A stretch of 64,000 bases of DNA from contig OZ244742.1 in NCBI GenBank assembly GCA_965219415.1, positions 1,696,001-1,760,000 on the forward strand, given 5' to 3'. Position numbers and translations under genes: made by a program. Below are positions 49,854 through 59,683 of the stretch, in pieces. How positions within the stretch are numbered: position 1 is the stretch's first letter; each line of letters starts with the position of its first letter. The notes beneath the pieces were generated by a model that had not been told where the DNA came from, did no database searches, and saw only the letters and a program-made list of their open reading frames with translations. Origin of the DNA: Candidatus Marinacidobacterales bacterium (GTDB lineage: Bacteria; Acidobacteriota; Vicinamibacteria; Marinacidobacterales; DATDRI01).

Positions 49854-52408
49854 TTATTCCGCGAGAAATTGCCAGGCTTCCGCGCTATTTGGAGAGCCGG
49901 GGTCGGCTTGACTCCAGAGTGCAAGGAATCTCTCGTACTGTTGCCGGGCGGCAACGAGATTCCCCTGTTTCGCAAGAAGACGGGCCAGTTCTAAGACATG
50001 CAGAGGTTCCAAGACTCCGGTCCATCTCTGAGTGATGTCCGGCGTCAAGAGTTTGCGGTACATCCGGATGGCTCCCGGCAGATCGCCTTGTTGTGCCCTG
50101 GTCCGCGCCGCCCCATCCCGAAGAGGTAGGTTGGCGACGATGCTCCCGAAGATCTCGGAGCTCGAGAACCACATCTTGAGCTCCGGCTCGCCGTCAGAGA
50201 ACGCAACTTCCGCGGCGCGGAAGTCTCCCTGCGCCAAAGCGATCTCACCCTGCAGTAAGTGATACCACCAATTCTCCTGTGGATCTTTCACGTCGTAGAG
50301 CGCTCGCAGGGAATCGAGATTGCGGCTTGCGTCTTCGAGCCTTCCGTCACAGGCTTGAGCGACTCCGGCGCACAAGCTTGCCACCATCAAGATCTGCCGC
50401 CTCCCGTTCCCACTGAGGCTCGGCACGAGTTCCATCGCCCGATCCGCGAGCCGGACCGACTCAGTCAGCCTGCCCTCCTCGAGAGCAAGCATGGAGCGAA
50501 GTATTTGTGTCCGAGCCTCGAACAACCTGTGCTGCCCGCTTCTAGCCAATTGGACCCCCTCGAGCAGACTCTGCTCGGATTCGCGATATCGGCCGACGCG
50601 AGAAAGAAGAAACGCCTGAACGAGAAGCAACGAGGGAGCCGACTCGGTGGGCGCGTGATGTGTCTCGTCGAGATACGCGAGCGCCTCATCGTAGTGCCCC
50701 ATCATCGCACTCGGTAGTGCCCCATCATCGCACTCGCCCAACTGCGTCCAAAACTCGACGAAACCAATGAACCGTTCCCCCCCGGGGCGCGCGAGTATTC
50801 TTCCAACGCTCGGTCGGGCATCCCGGCAACGAGATACGCCTCTCCCAAACGCTCGTAAGGGTTGGCGTCGGCAGGATACATCTGGGCGTAACTCTCGAAC
50901 TGGCGAAAGGCCTCGGGATACCGTCCGTTTCGCAGCATCCCGTATCCGTAGTAGGAGCGAAGTAGCCCCGAGTCCGGCACCGCCTTGATGCCGCTTGCGA
51001 GCACCGCGAGTCCTTGATCGCGGCGGTTCGATGTCAGATGCACGATGGCCAAGAGCACGTACGCGTATTCTTCCTTCGGGTAGCGAGCGAGGCTCTCCTC
51101 AAGCAGCTCCACCGCCTTCTCGTGTTGGTCCTCCTGGACGAGCTGCCCCGCTTCCGCCAGAAGCTTCTGCCGCTCCGGTAGCGTGTCGCTGTGGGTTAGC
51201 GATTGCTGAAGGTACTTCTCGGCCGCAAACGTGTCGTGCCGAATCAGGGCCACCTTGTGCAGCTGCCAGTAGGCCAGGCCGAAACCAGGATCAACGGCCA
51301 CCGCCTCCAAGAACAATCGGTGGGCGTCGCTCAAACGAAGATGCCTACCGGCCTCTATTCCCTGTCCGTAGAGCCGGTAGGCTTCCAGGGACTTCGTGGC
51401 TCCGGAAACCCGCGTCGTGGGTAAGGGGTCGTCTAGTTCCAGTGCCTCGCCCATGCGCCACGCCAGATCGTCTACGATCTGGAAAAGGTCGGTCCCTCGA
51501 ACCGAGTACGCCGAAAGGATGCGTCCGTCCGTGACGTCTTCGAGTTGAGCGTCGATCCGAATCTCCGCACCGTGCTTGACGATGCTGCCCGCTAAAAACG
51601 TCTCAGCACCGGCGCGCCTAGCGATCTCGGGGAAGAAACTGGCGTCTAGCTGATCTGTCTCCTCCTCTTCGCCAATTTCGCGAACCGCCTCTTTTAGCTT
51701 CTCGTCGCTTACGACATTCAGCGCCGGAGTGCCGTCCAGCCCGCCTTGAAGCATGCGACACACTCCCTTCGAAAGCCAGCGGTACTCTTCGGCATCGATG
51801 TGGTTTTCGAAGTCCATGATGGCGATGGATGGACTGCCCTCGGCTGGAGGAACGATGGAGTTCCAATTGGACAACACGTACCAGCCAACTGCGATGGCGA
51901 CAACCGTAGCGGTGGCGACACCCAGCACGATTAACCCCAACCGCTTCCGTTTGGGTGCGGTTTCGTCGTGATCGTGGCCGGCCCTCCAGAAGCTAACCGT
52001 ATTCCAGACGTCGGCACTCGAAACGGAACGTCGCGAATCGACGAATCTGCTGGTGGCCGGTAGTGTGGAGACCCCTGTCCCCTCCGAATCTGCTTCCCGA
52101 TGAACAGTCGCGATCAGGCGGTACCCTCTCCGCGGCACGGTTTGGATGTAGCTGGGGTCTCTCGCGTCGTCACCCAGCGCTTTTCTCAACTCCCAGATGG
52201 AGTTCGTCAGCACCTCTTCGGTAACGTAGCTGTCGCTCCAGGCGTGCTGGATGATCTTGGACTTGGGGACGACGCTGCCGGCGTTCTCTGTGAGATAGGC
52301 CAGAACTTCCATCGCCTTGGGCTCGACCCTGACCTCGCGGTCGTCCTGGACAATTCTGTTCAGACTGGGCTGAACGAGCCAGTCGCCGATTCGGAAATCA
52401 CCGTCCAA
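49854..52408 (-). CDS. CadC/ToxR-type wHTH-TM-TolB-like-TPR membrane regulator, frameshifted by a 23-bp duplication
   Basis: VEPKAMEVL..IWELRKALGDDARDPSYIQTVPRRGYRL, TM helix, SIAIMDFEN, TPR helices; TTG start with AGGAG. Confidence 0.82.
50691..50736. repeat. perfect 23-bp tandem duplication GTAGTGCCCCATCATCGCACTCG x2
   Basis: Copies at 50691-50713 and 50714-50736. Confidence 0.95.
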
Positions 52409-52693
52409 CCGCCGGTCACTCCTTCCCGCGGTCGGCTGAGCAGCCTCCCGATGGACACTGCGACGAGTTCTGGACGAACATTCTGGACATTCTATGAGGT
52501 GAAGCAAACGGTATGCCACAGCACCGCCGTCCGCTTCGGCGCTGGCTCAACCCTCGTAACCGATTGACCCGTCGGCACCCGGAGCAGTGGCACCCCGTCG
52601 CGCGATAAGTTTTTGTCTGAGGATGAAGATCGCGAAATTTACAGGGCTAGCGTGGACTTTACAGTTCCTCGATCCTCTTGCGAGGCCCCGAAA

Positions 52694-53449
52694 CTACCTC
52701 TTATCGCGTTCCACCAGCCTCAAGACGGACCTCTCTGTTTGGGGAGCCGAACGTGCCGGAACGCCTTCGGCAATCGCGACCGGTAGCGTAACCGGTGGCG
52801 CCAAAAGACCGTCGAGACCCGAAACGAACGCCTCGACCAATCGCTCGTCGAGAACCACCTGGTCCTTGACGAGAAAAGAATACGCCAATCCCCTTCGCAT
52901 CAATCCGCCCGGGGCGTGGTGTTCCGCAGGGGCGACGGCGTGAATCATCTCATGGGCCACGACGCGGCCCAGAGCGCGGGACAGACGCCTGAGCTCCCGG
53001 ATATCGAGAAGGCGAGTGGGTCGGTCGTGAATCTTCACTGCGCTTACCAAGTTTCGATAGAAGACGTACAAGGAATGAGAACGTCCACCTCCGGGGAGAA
53101 ACGCGCCCATGACATCTTCCTCCAAGCCCCAATCTGAACCGGATGGCTTGGATGGCATGAGGACGATTCGTAGCAGAACCGTGTTTCCATACAATGGGGG
53201 ATCGTCGAGCTCCGCCTCCATCCACTCGATGTCGAGGCCGACGGGACCAACGAGTTTTTCCACTTCGCGAACCATCCCCTGGAAAGTTCCATTGGGAGCC
53301 AGACCATGAGCATCGTGCCAGACCATCAGAAGCCGAGGCCCACGAGTTCGCTGTTCCTCGATGCCCTTTTGAGCACCTACCGTCTCAGTGATTCCAAACG
53401 AAAACGCCCCGATGAAAAGGACGAGCCGAACCACCCTGCCGTGAATCAT
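52694..53449 (-). CDS. secreted hypothetical protein with HExxH motif
   Basis: Signal peptide; LGRVVAHEMIHAV..HH...GLM; GAGGG RBS. Confidence 0.7.
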   Translation of the reverse strand: MIHGRVVRLVLFIGAFSFGITETVGAQKGIEEQRTRGPRLLMVWHDAHGLAPNGTFQGMVREVEKLVGPVGLDIEWMEAELDDPPLYGNTVLLRIVLMPSKPSGSDWGLEEDVMGAFLPGGGRSHSLYVFYRNLVSAVKIHDRPTRLLDIRELRRLSRALGRVVAHEMIHAVAPAEHHAPGGLMRRGLAYSFLVKDQVVLDERLVEAFVSGLDGLLAPPVTLPVAIAEGVPARSAPQTERSVLRLVERDKR

Positions 53450-53714
53450 CCCTCACCCCCATTGGCTCTCCCTCAACGTGATCTTTTATGGCTATACGTT
53501 GAGCAACGACAAAGAGATCCGCTAGAGTTCTCAGTTTTGGGTAAGGTTTTTCTCAGGCTTGGTCCTAGGGTGCCGCGTTGTGTTGGAAGAAGAACTCTTC
53601 CTCTCCGATCCCTCCCGCCGAGTGGATGGCTCCCTTTTCCACGAGAAGCTCGACGATGTGCTTGGGGCTCTTCGAAACAGATAACAACAACGCGGACGCT
53701 GTGACTTTCAGGAA

Positions 53715-54470
53715 ATGAACCGCGGAGACACGAGCAGTGCAATTCAACCGTGGGCAGAACCGGGACAGATCAGCACCGTACTGCTAGACGCCGGCAATAC
53801 ACTGGTCTTCTTGGACTACGGCGCGATCGCCGACGCGATCGAAGCAAGTGGATTCTCGATCGATGCGGCTGCACTCGAGCTCTCCGAATATCGCGCCCGC
53901 CGGCGTGTAGACCAAAAGTACCTCGAGGGTGGTTTTACCGACGCCAGCATGTGGCAATGCTACTTCGACTGGCTGATGGAGGAAGCGGGTGTATCATCCG
54001 CACCGCGACCCGAGATCTTGGAGCGACTTCGCCAACGCCATGCGGAATCCAATCTCTGGAGCCGTACCAAACCCGAAGTGCGGGACGCGATGGCGAGATT
54101 AAAGGACAGCGGTCGAATCGTCGCCGTCATCTCGAACTCAGATGGGTCCTGTCGCGAGCTGTTGCGGCGGCTAGGCCTTCTTTCCTATTGTCATGCGGTG
54201 TACGATTCGGCGGAGCTTGGAGTCGAAAAGCCTGATAAACGTATCTTCCAGATTGCGCTGCGAGACCTCACGGTTGAACCGACTCAGGCTTTGTACATAG
54301 GAGACTTGGAAGCGATCGATGTTCTCGGAGCGCGACGCGCGGGCATCCTACCGGTGCTCGCCGATCCACACCCCAGGGGAGACGCGGTGGATTTTCCGGT
54401 CCTCCGCGGTGTTAGCGAGCTACCGGACGCCCTGGGGATAGCGAACCAAACACAACTAAAGGAGCTCTAA
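53715..54470 (+). CDS. HAD-superfamily hydrolase (subfamily IA)
   Basis: LLDAGNTL, ISNSD, EKPDKRIF, IGD..DVLGA. Confidence 0.9.
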   Translation: MNRGDTSSAIQPWAEPGQISTVLLDAGNTLVFLDYGAIADAIEASGFSIDAAALELSEYRARRRVDQKYLEGGFTDASMWQCYFDWLMEEAGVSSAPRPEILERLRQRHAESNLWSRTKPEVRDAMARLKDSGRIVAVISNSDGSCRELLRRLGLLSYCHAVYDSAELGVEKPDKRIFQIALRDLTVEPTQALYIGDLEAIDVLGARRAGILPVLADPHPRGDAVDFPVLRGVSELPDALGIANQTQLKEL

Positions 54471-54473
54471 CTC

Positions 54474-55064
54474 ATGCCCCGCATCAAATGGATCACCGAC
54501 GAGGAAGCCACCGGCGAGGCGGCCGAGGTCCTCGAGGAGACCCGGCGCCGTTTCGGTGGACACTTGGGAGACGAGACCCGCTGCTTCAGTCTTCGTCCCG
54601 ACTTGATGAAATTGACCACCGACCTGTTTGTCCAAGGACATTTCCGTCCGGGTTTTCTGAACCGGCGGCAGAAGGAGATGATTGCTACCTACGTGTCGGC
54701 GGTGAATCACTGCCAGTACTGACGGGACTCCCACGCACACTTCCTGCGGGCTCAGGGAGCAGATGAGAAAGTCGCCGCGGCGGTCCAGAAAGGTGACCTC
54801 ACGGCGGTTCGAGAATCCGGCCTCGACCCCAAAGAGGTCGCGCTTGTCGAGTTGATCGACACCGTCACCCGTCACGCGCACCGCGTCACGGATGACCAGG
54901 TGCAAGGCCTCCGCGATCACGGATGGAGTGACGAGCAAATCTTCGAGGGAGTCTGGGTGGCTGCCGCCTTTGCCTATATGACGCGCGTCGTCGACGCCTT
55001 CGGAATCAATTGGAAACCAGAGATGCTCAACTCGAGCGCGATGGGCCCGAAACGAATCGATTGA
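54474..55064 (+). CDS. AhpD/carboxymuconolactone-decarboxylase-like peroxidase, probable selenoprotein (CxxU, Sec at codon 83; 196 aa)
   Basis: KEMIATYVSAVNHCQY-TGA(54720-54722)-RDSH continues in frame to DAFG...; SECIS-like hairpin downstream; AAGGAG RBS. Confidence 0.85.
54720..54759 (+). promoter_or_regulatory. candidate bacterial SECIS element
   Basis: Stem CTTCCTG(54740-54746)/CAGGGAG(54753-54759), loop CGGGCT after a 24-nt spacer from the TGA. Confidence 0.65.
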
Positions 55065-55083
55065 TATCGGTTCTTCAACGAGC

Positions 55084-55524
55084 ATGGGTTCCGGTGAGCT
55101 CGAAGCCATCTGGCTAAAGCGGATGAAGCTCGGCCCCATGGATCCTCACCGGAACGCCACGCTAAAGGCGGGCCGTGGGTTGGTCGATAACGCCGACCGA
55201 GGGGGAATGCGTCAAGTGACTTTGATGGACGCCGAGCGGTGGGCCCGCATCGAAGAGACGATCGGCTGCTCCCTCGACCCCTCGGCCCGACGGGCCAACC
55301 TTCTGGTGAGCGGTGTGAGCCTGGCACAGAGTCGGGGGCGGATCCTTCGGGTCGGCCCGTGCCGACTGCGCATCGTCGGGGAAACAAGACCGTGCGAGCG
55401 AATGGACGAAGCCTTCGGGGGGCTTAGGCGAGTGATGCAAGAAGACTGGGGCGGGGGTGCCTACGCCGAGGTGCTCGACGACGGCGATATCGTGGTGGGT
55501 GACGAGGTCCGCTGGACGGAGTAG
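55084..55524 (+). CDS. MOSC domain protein
   Basis: RQVTL, RRANLLVSG, TRPCERM, AEVLDDGDIVVGD. Confidence 0.88.
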   Translation: MGSGELEAIWLKRMKLGPMDPHRNATLKAGRGLVDNADRGGMRQVTLMDAERWARIEETIGCSLDPSARRANLLVSGVSLAQSRGRILRVGPCRLRIVGETRPCERMDEAFGGLRRVMQEDWGGGAYAEVLDDGDIVVGDEVRWTE

Positions 55525-55535
55525 GCGGCTTCACC

Positions 55536-56006
55536 TTACTCGTGAATGTGTTCCGCCAGGTATTTGTCCTTGCCGATCTCATCGACGATGTGAAGCTGGG
55601 CCTCTAGCCAGTCGACGGCTTCTTCTTCTCCCTTCAAGATCCCTTCCAGTAGCTCTCGCGTGCCGTTGTCGGCCTTGTCGCGGCAAAGCGCAATCCCGTT
55701 GTTCAATCGCTCCACGGCGGCTTTCTCCAGGTCTAGATCGGCCCTGTGCTGCTCGACGGGGTCCTCCCCCAAACTGATGGGGCCAAGGCGCTGCATGTTG
55801 GGCACACCTTCCAAGTAAAGGATCCGGTCGATGATGGCGTCGGCGTCTCGCATCTCTTCCATGGATTCTTCGCGTTTCTTCTTGGCCAGCTTTTGGTAGC
55901 CCCAGTTCGCGCACATCTTGGCGTGTGCGAAGTACTGGTTGATCGCCGTGAGCTCGGCCGTCAAAACCTCGTTCAGAGCCTCGATAACCTGTGAGTCCCC
56001 CTGCAT
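55536..56006 (-). CDS. bfr: bacterioferritin
   Basis: ELTAINQYF, EEMRDAD..RILYLEG, DNGTRELLE; AGGAAGG RBS. Confidence 0.95.
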   Translation of the reverse strand: MQGDSQVIEALNEVLTAELTAINQYFAHAKMCANWGYQKLAKKKREESMEEMRDADAIIDRILYLEGVPNMQRLGPISLGEDPVEQHRADLDLEKAAVERLNNGIALCRDKADNGTRELLEGILKGEEEAVDWLEAQLHIVDEIGKDKYLAEHIHE

Positions 56007-56099
56007 GTGCCTTCCTCCTCAGCTCTCTTCTCTTGAGCGTGGCGGGCTGGTGCGAGCGTGGAGTCGATATACTAGTCTCTCCCTGGGGGTAGAGCAACA

Positions 56100-56275
56100 G
56101 GAGCCGTCAGCCCGAGCGAAGCGCGAGCGACCCGACTTCGCCAAGGCTTCGTCGGGTCCGCCGAAGCTCTGAGATGAGTCGCTTATGCGGAGGCGGAAGT
56201 GAGTCGCGGAGCGAGAGCCGCGTTCCGCAGCGAGCCTGTCGAGCGGAGGGCTAGCCCGACCGAAGGACGGGCGCA
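56100..56275. repeat. composite palindromic REP/MITE-like element between bfd and bfr
   Basis: CCGACTTCGC-CAAG-GCTTCGTCGG-GT-CCGCCGAAGC...GCGGAGGCGG; core GGGTCCGCCGAAGCT shared with 62577-62591. Confidence 0.6.
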
Positions 56276-56318
56276 TTGCGAAGAAAGTGGCCCCGCGGCC
56301 TTGATGAGCGTTGGAATG

Positions 56319-56522
56319 CTAGCTGGCCGCGGCTAGCTTTCTCCGAGGTTGGTGCTCGATCTGTTTTTCCGACTCGAGTATCGAGACGAGGGTCTCCTGG
56401 CACCCTCCGCAGCAGGCACCCGCGGAGCAGCCAAGCGCGACGTCATAGAGACTCGAGGCTCCCTCGCGCACCAAGCTCCTGACGGTGCGGTCGGTAACTC
56501 CACGGCAGACGCAGACGATCAC
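56319..56522 (-). CDS. bfd: bacterioferritin-associated ferredoxin
   Basis: IVCVCRGV...ACCGGC; upstream of bfr. Confidence 0.9.
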   Translation of the reverse strand: MIVCVCRGVTDRTVRSLVREGASSLYDVALGCSAGACCGGCQETLVSILESEKQIEHQPRRKLAAAS

Positions 56523-56636
56523 GAGGGAAGCGCCTCTCGTTTCGTGGTTGGCGCCAAACCATCGAGGTGCTCGACAGCAACATGGCCAGGCGCCTCCGGA
56601 GCTGTTCTCCAATCCATGGGATGATTGTAAATCCAC

Positions 56637-56663
56637 TGAAAGTGAAAGTCAATTTCATTTTCA
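56637..56663. promoter_or_regulatory. Fur-like iron-regulator box upstream of bfd-bfr
   Basis: AT-rich imperfect palindrome TGAAAGTGAAAGTCAATTTCATTTTCA (22/27 positions self-complementary). Confidence 0.65.
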
Positions 56664-56725
56664 ATTAATACGCAAAAATATCGTAAGCCATTGATTTAAT
56701 GGGGGTTACGATCTAGAGGCCGAGA

Positions 56726-57595
56726 CTAGGGGAGTCGCAACGAGTCTAATTTCACCTGGAGCAGCTCGGCCGGCGAAAGATCGTAGTTGAACCCGCTCAA
56801 TGCCGCCTCCCAACCTCCATATTCGGGATTGGGAAGGACGAACCACTTGCGGCCCCAGTACTGGTCGTAGTCTCCAACGACCGCATCCCGCTCCGTGAGA
56901 GAGCTACGCATCCCGGAGACGAAGTCGTTCAAGTCGTCTCCGAAAAGCAGCAACACCCGGTATCTGGAAGCGATGTCGGCGCGCCGCGACGACTTGTCGG
57001 AGAGGTTCCACTCCTCCCTTTCACCCCGGGTGTAGACCGTGTCCTCATCCGCCTTCAGGGGGAACCCGGCCTTCTCCAGGTTGTTTCGAGTGGCCTCCTC
57101 CACCGCGTGCCGGCGATTCGTCAGGTACACCACGGTGACCCCTCGCTCGGCGGCGTATTTCGTGAACTCGAGGGCGCCGGGGATAGGGAGGGCCTTCTCT
57201 TTACGACACCATTCCTGCCAGTGCGGCCGTCCGAACTTGATGTTGTCGACGATAAGCTGTGCCTGGTAGTCAGAGTTGTCCAGAACCGTTTCGTCCACAT
57301 CGAGGATGATGACCGGGGGAAGCTTGGAGACTCCCTCTCCCTGCTCGAGTGCCGCGGTCCATTCAGGATCTTCGAGCGCGCCGTCCAGTATCCGCTTGGC
57401 CTGCCGGTAAACCTGTGTTGTCAGGGCTCGGCGCTCCGCGGCGCTCTGGATCCATAAAACGCTGTTGAGAAGCTCCCAAGAGTAAGGCGTCTGGGATTCC
57501 CGCGGATCGGGTCTTTCCGGCAAGAAGTGACTCGCCAAAAAGAGTGCTACCCCGAGTATCAGGACGACTGCCAGTGACCCCATCGAATTCTTCAT
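56726..57595 (-). CDS. class C acid phosphatase / e(P4)-family 5'-nucleotidase
   Basis: LDVDETVLDNS, TNR, FGDDLNDF, LPNPEYG. Confidence 0.9.
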   Translation of the reverse strand: MKNSMGSLAVVLILGVALFLASHFLPERPDPRESQTPYSWELLNSVLWIQSAAERRALTTQVYRQAKRILDGALEDPEWTAALEQGEGVSKLPPVIILDVDETVLDNSDYQAQLIVDNIKFGRPHWQEWCRKEKALPIPGALEFTKYAAERGVTVVYLTNRRHAVEEATRNNLEKAGFPLKADEDTVYTRGEREEWNLSDKSSRRADIASRYRVLLLFGDDLNDFVSGMRSSLTERDAVVGDYDQYWGRKWFVLPNPEYGGWEAALSGFNYDLSPAELLQVKLDSLRLP

Positions 57596-57704
57596 TTCCC
57601 TGCCTCGGCTCCTCGTAGGTTTTGGGCGTTCAATATAGAATGGAACCGGTCGGAAGCCAAAGAGAAGGCCGGTTCCTTCGTGGTTTCCGCCTAGAGCGTT
57701 GTCG

Positions 57705-58637
57705 ATGATGGACCTAATACCCGCCGCTTCGCTGAACGCGAGGCTGAGCCTTGCCCTGCTCGTCCTCGTCGGCACGTCGTGTTCGCTGAAGGCGAGAGCT
57801 GTCAACACGCTATCCGAGGTGCTCGCCGAGTCGGAAGTGGTCTATCTCTCCGACGAGGATCCCGAGCTCGTCGCCGAGGCCATGCCCTTCAATCTGAAGA
57901 CGATCGAGACTCTTCTTGAATCCAGCCCCGAACATCAAGGGCTGCTTCTTTCCGCAACCACCGGCTTCACTTTCTATGCCTACGGTTTCGTGGAACCCAA
58001 GGCCGATCGCGCCGAAGACGAAGACTTCGAGCTGGCGGAAGAGATCCGTGCCCGCGCCGCCAAACTCTACTGGCGCGCGTACCGCTACGGGATCCGTGGG
58101 TTGAACGTGAATTACCCGGGCTTTGGGAACACGTTGTCCGTCGAGCCCGAAGAGACCGTCGCACCGCTCGAGGTGGACGATGTACCTCTGGCGCTATGGA
58201 CAGCCGCAGCACTGGGAGGAGCCATCGGGGTATCCAAGGACGATCCGGAAGCCACCGCGGATATTGCGGTGGTAGGGGCGCTCCTCGAGAAATGCCTCGA
58301 CCTCGATCCAAGCTACGGCGACGGCATCCTGTACGGATTGCTCGTGATTTATGAATCCCAGCGATTCGGCGGATCGCCGGAAACCGCGCGCGAATACTAT
58401 CGCCGTGCGCTCGAGCTTTCTCGTGAGACCCGTGCCTCCACTTGGTTGCTGTGGGCCGAGAACTTCTCGGTCCCGAACCAAAACGTCGTGGAATTCAAAG
58501 AACTGCTCGAAAGAGTTCTGGCTTTCGACGTCGACCAGTACCCCGAAGATCGACTCCTGAACATTCTCGCTCAGCGGCGCGCCCGATGGTTGATGGGTCG
58601 CGTCGATGAGCTGTTTCTGGAAGGTGACGACCCGTGA
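57705..58637 (+). CDS. TPAT/TRAP TatT component (TPR-like lipoprotein)
   Basis: Lipobox GTSC, EDPELVAEAMPF, helical; first gene of a TRAP operon. Confidence 0.85.
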   Translation: MMDLIPAASLNARLSLALLVLVGTSCSLKARAVNTLSEVLAESEVVYLSDEDPELVAEAMPFNLKTIETLLESSPEHQGLLLSATTGFTFYAYGFVEPKADRAEDEDFELAEEIRARAAKLYWRAYRYGIRGLNVNYPGFGNTLSVEPEETVAPLEVDDVPLALWTAAALGGAIGVSKDDPEATADIAVVGALLEKCLDLDPSYGDGILYGLLVIYESQRFGGSPETAREYYRRALELSRETRASTWLLWAENFSVPNQNVVEFKELLERVLAFDVDQYPEDRLLNILAQRRARWLMGRVDELFLEGDDP

Positions 58638-59665
58638 CAAATCGATCGCTTTCGCGCGTGCTGTTCACGCTGCTGGTCTTTCTCAGCTTAGGCTTCCTAT
58701 CGACCCTCGACGCGAAAGTCGTCATCCGCCTGGGAACCCTGGCGCCCAATGGCTCCGCCTGGCACAAGATCTTCAAGCAAATGGGGGCCGATTGGCGGAA
58801 ATCGACCGACGGGGAGCTCGTCCTTCGGATCTACGCGGGCGGCGTGGTAGGAGACGAAGGGGAAATGATTCGCAAGATGCGGATCGGTCAGCTCCAATGC
58901 GCCGCCATCTCGAATTCTGGCGTCGCCGAAATCGATCCCGCCGCATACGCCCTGATGCTTCCGATGATGTTCGATAGCTACGAGGAATGGGATTACGTGC
59001 GCCAAGAAGTGAATCCGACCTTGGAGGCAAAACTCGAGGCAAAAGGATTCAAAGTGCTCGCCTGGTCCGATGTGGGTTGGGTCTACTTCTTTACAAAAAA
59101 CCCCCTCCGGAGGCCGACCGACCTGCGAAAGATGAAGCTGGCCGCCTCGGCAACCGAAGCCGCCACCGTCGAGATCATGAAGTGGGCCGGTTTCAATCCG
59201 GTACCGATCTCCTCCGTGGATATGGCAAGCGGTCTCCAGACCGGTCTCATCAACGCGATCTATCTTCCCGTGATCTTGGCCGAAGGCTCGCAGTTCTACC
59301 GGCACGTTCGCAACATGACCGAAATGAAGTGGGCACCGTTACAAGGAGCTCTCGTCATGCACGATCGCGGGTGGAAGAAACTCGATGCCAATCAGCAAGC
59401 CACGATCACCCGCATCGCGAAACAAGTGGGCACCGATCTTAGGAAAGACACGCGTCGCCAAGAACAATTATCTCTGGACGCGATGAAGAAACGCGGGCTC
59501 GAGATTGTATCGGTGGACGATGGTGATGTCGCCGCTTGGCGACAGACAGTAGAGAAGGCCTACCCCAAAGTCCGCGAAAAACTGGTCCCTCCGGAAATGT
59601 TCGATCGGGTCAAGAAGCTGCGCGATGAGTTCCGAGCCACGCGGGGGAAATCCAGCCAGCCTTAG
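58634..59665 (+). CDS. dctP: TRAP substrate-binding protein DctP/TatP
   Basis: GTLAPNGSAW, YAGGVVGDE, KMRIGQLQ, LQTGLI. Confidence 0.9.
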   Translation: MTNRSLSRVLFTLLVFLSLGFLSTLDAKVVIRLGTLAPNGSAWHKIFKQMGADWRKSTDGELVLRIYAGGVVGDEGEMIRKMRIGQLQCAAISNSGVAEIDPAAYALMLPMMFDSYEEWDYVRQEVNPTLEAKLEAKGFKVLAWSDVGWVYFFTKNPLRRPTDLRKMKLAASATEAATVEIMKWAGFNPVPISSVDMASGLQTGLINAIYLPVILAEGSQFYRHVRNMTEMKWAPLQGALVMHDRGWKKLDANQQATITRIAKQVGTDLRKDTRRQEQLSLDAMKKRGLEIVSVDDGDVAAWRQTVEKAYPKVREKLVPPEMFDRVKKLRDEFRATRGKSSQP

Positions 59666-59683
59666 GACTCGAAATAACCAATT

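Noticed and set aside
56007-56318. tRNA, SRP or other ncRNA between bfd and bfr
   Set aside because: No T-loop, CCA or SRP motif; the core sequence recurs at 62577, so a dispersed repeat is more likely.
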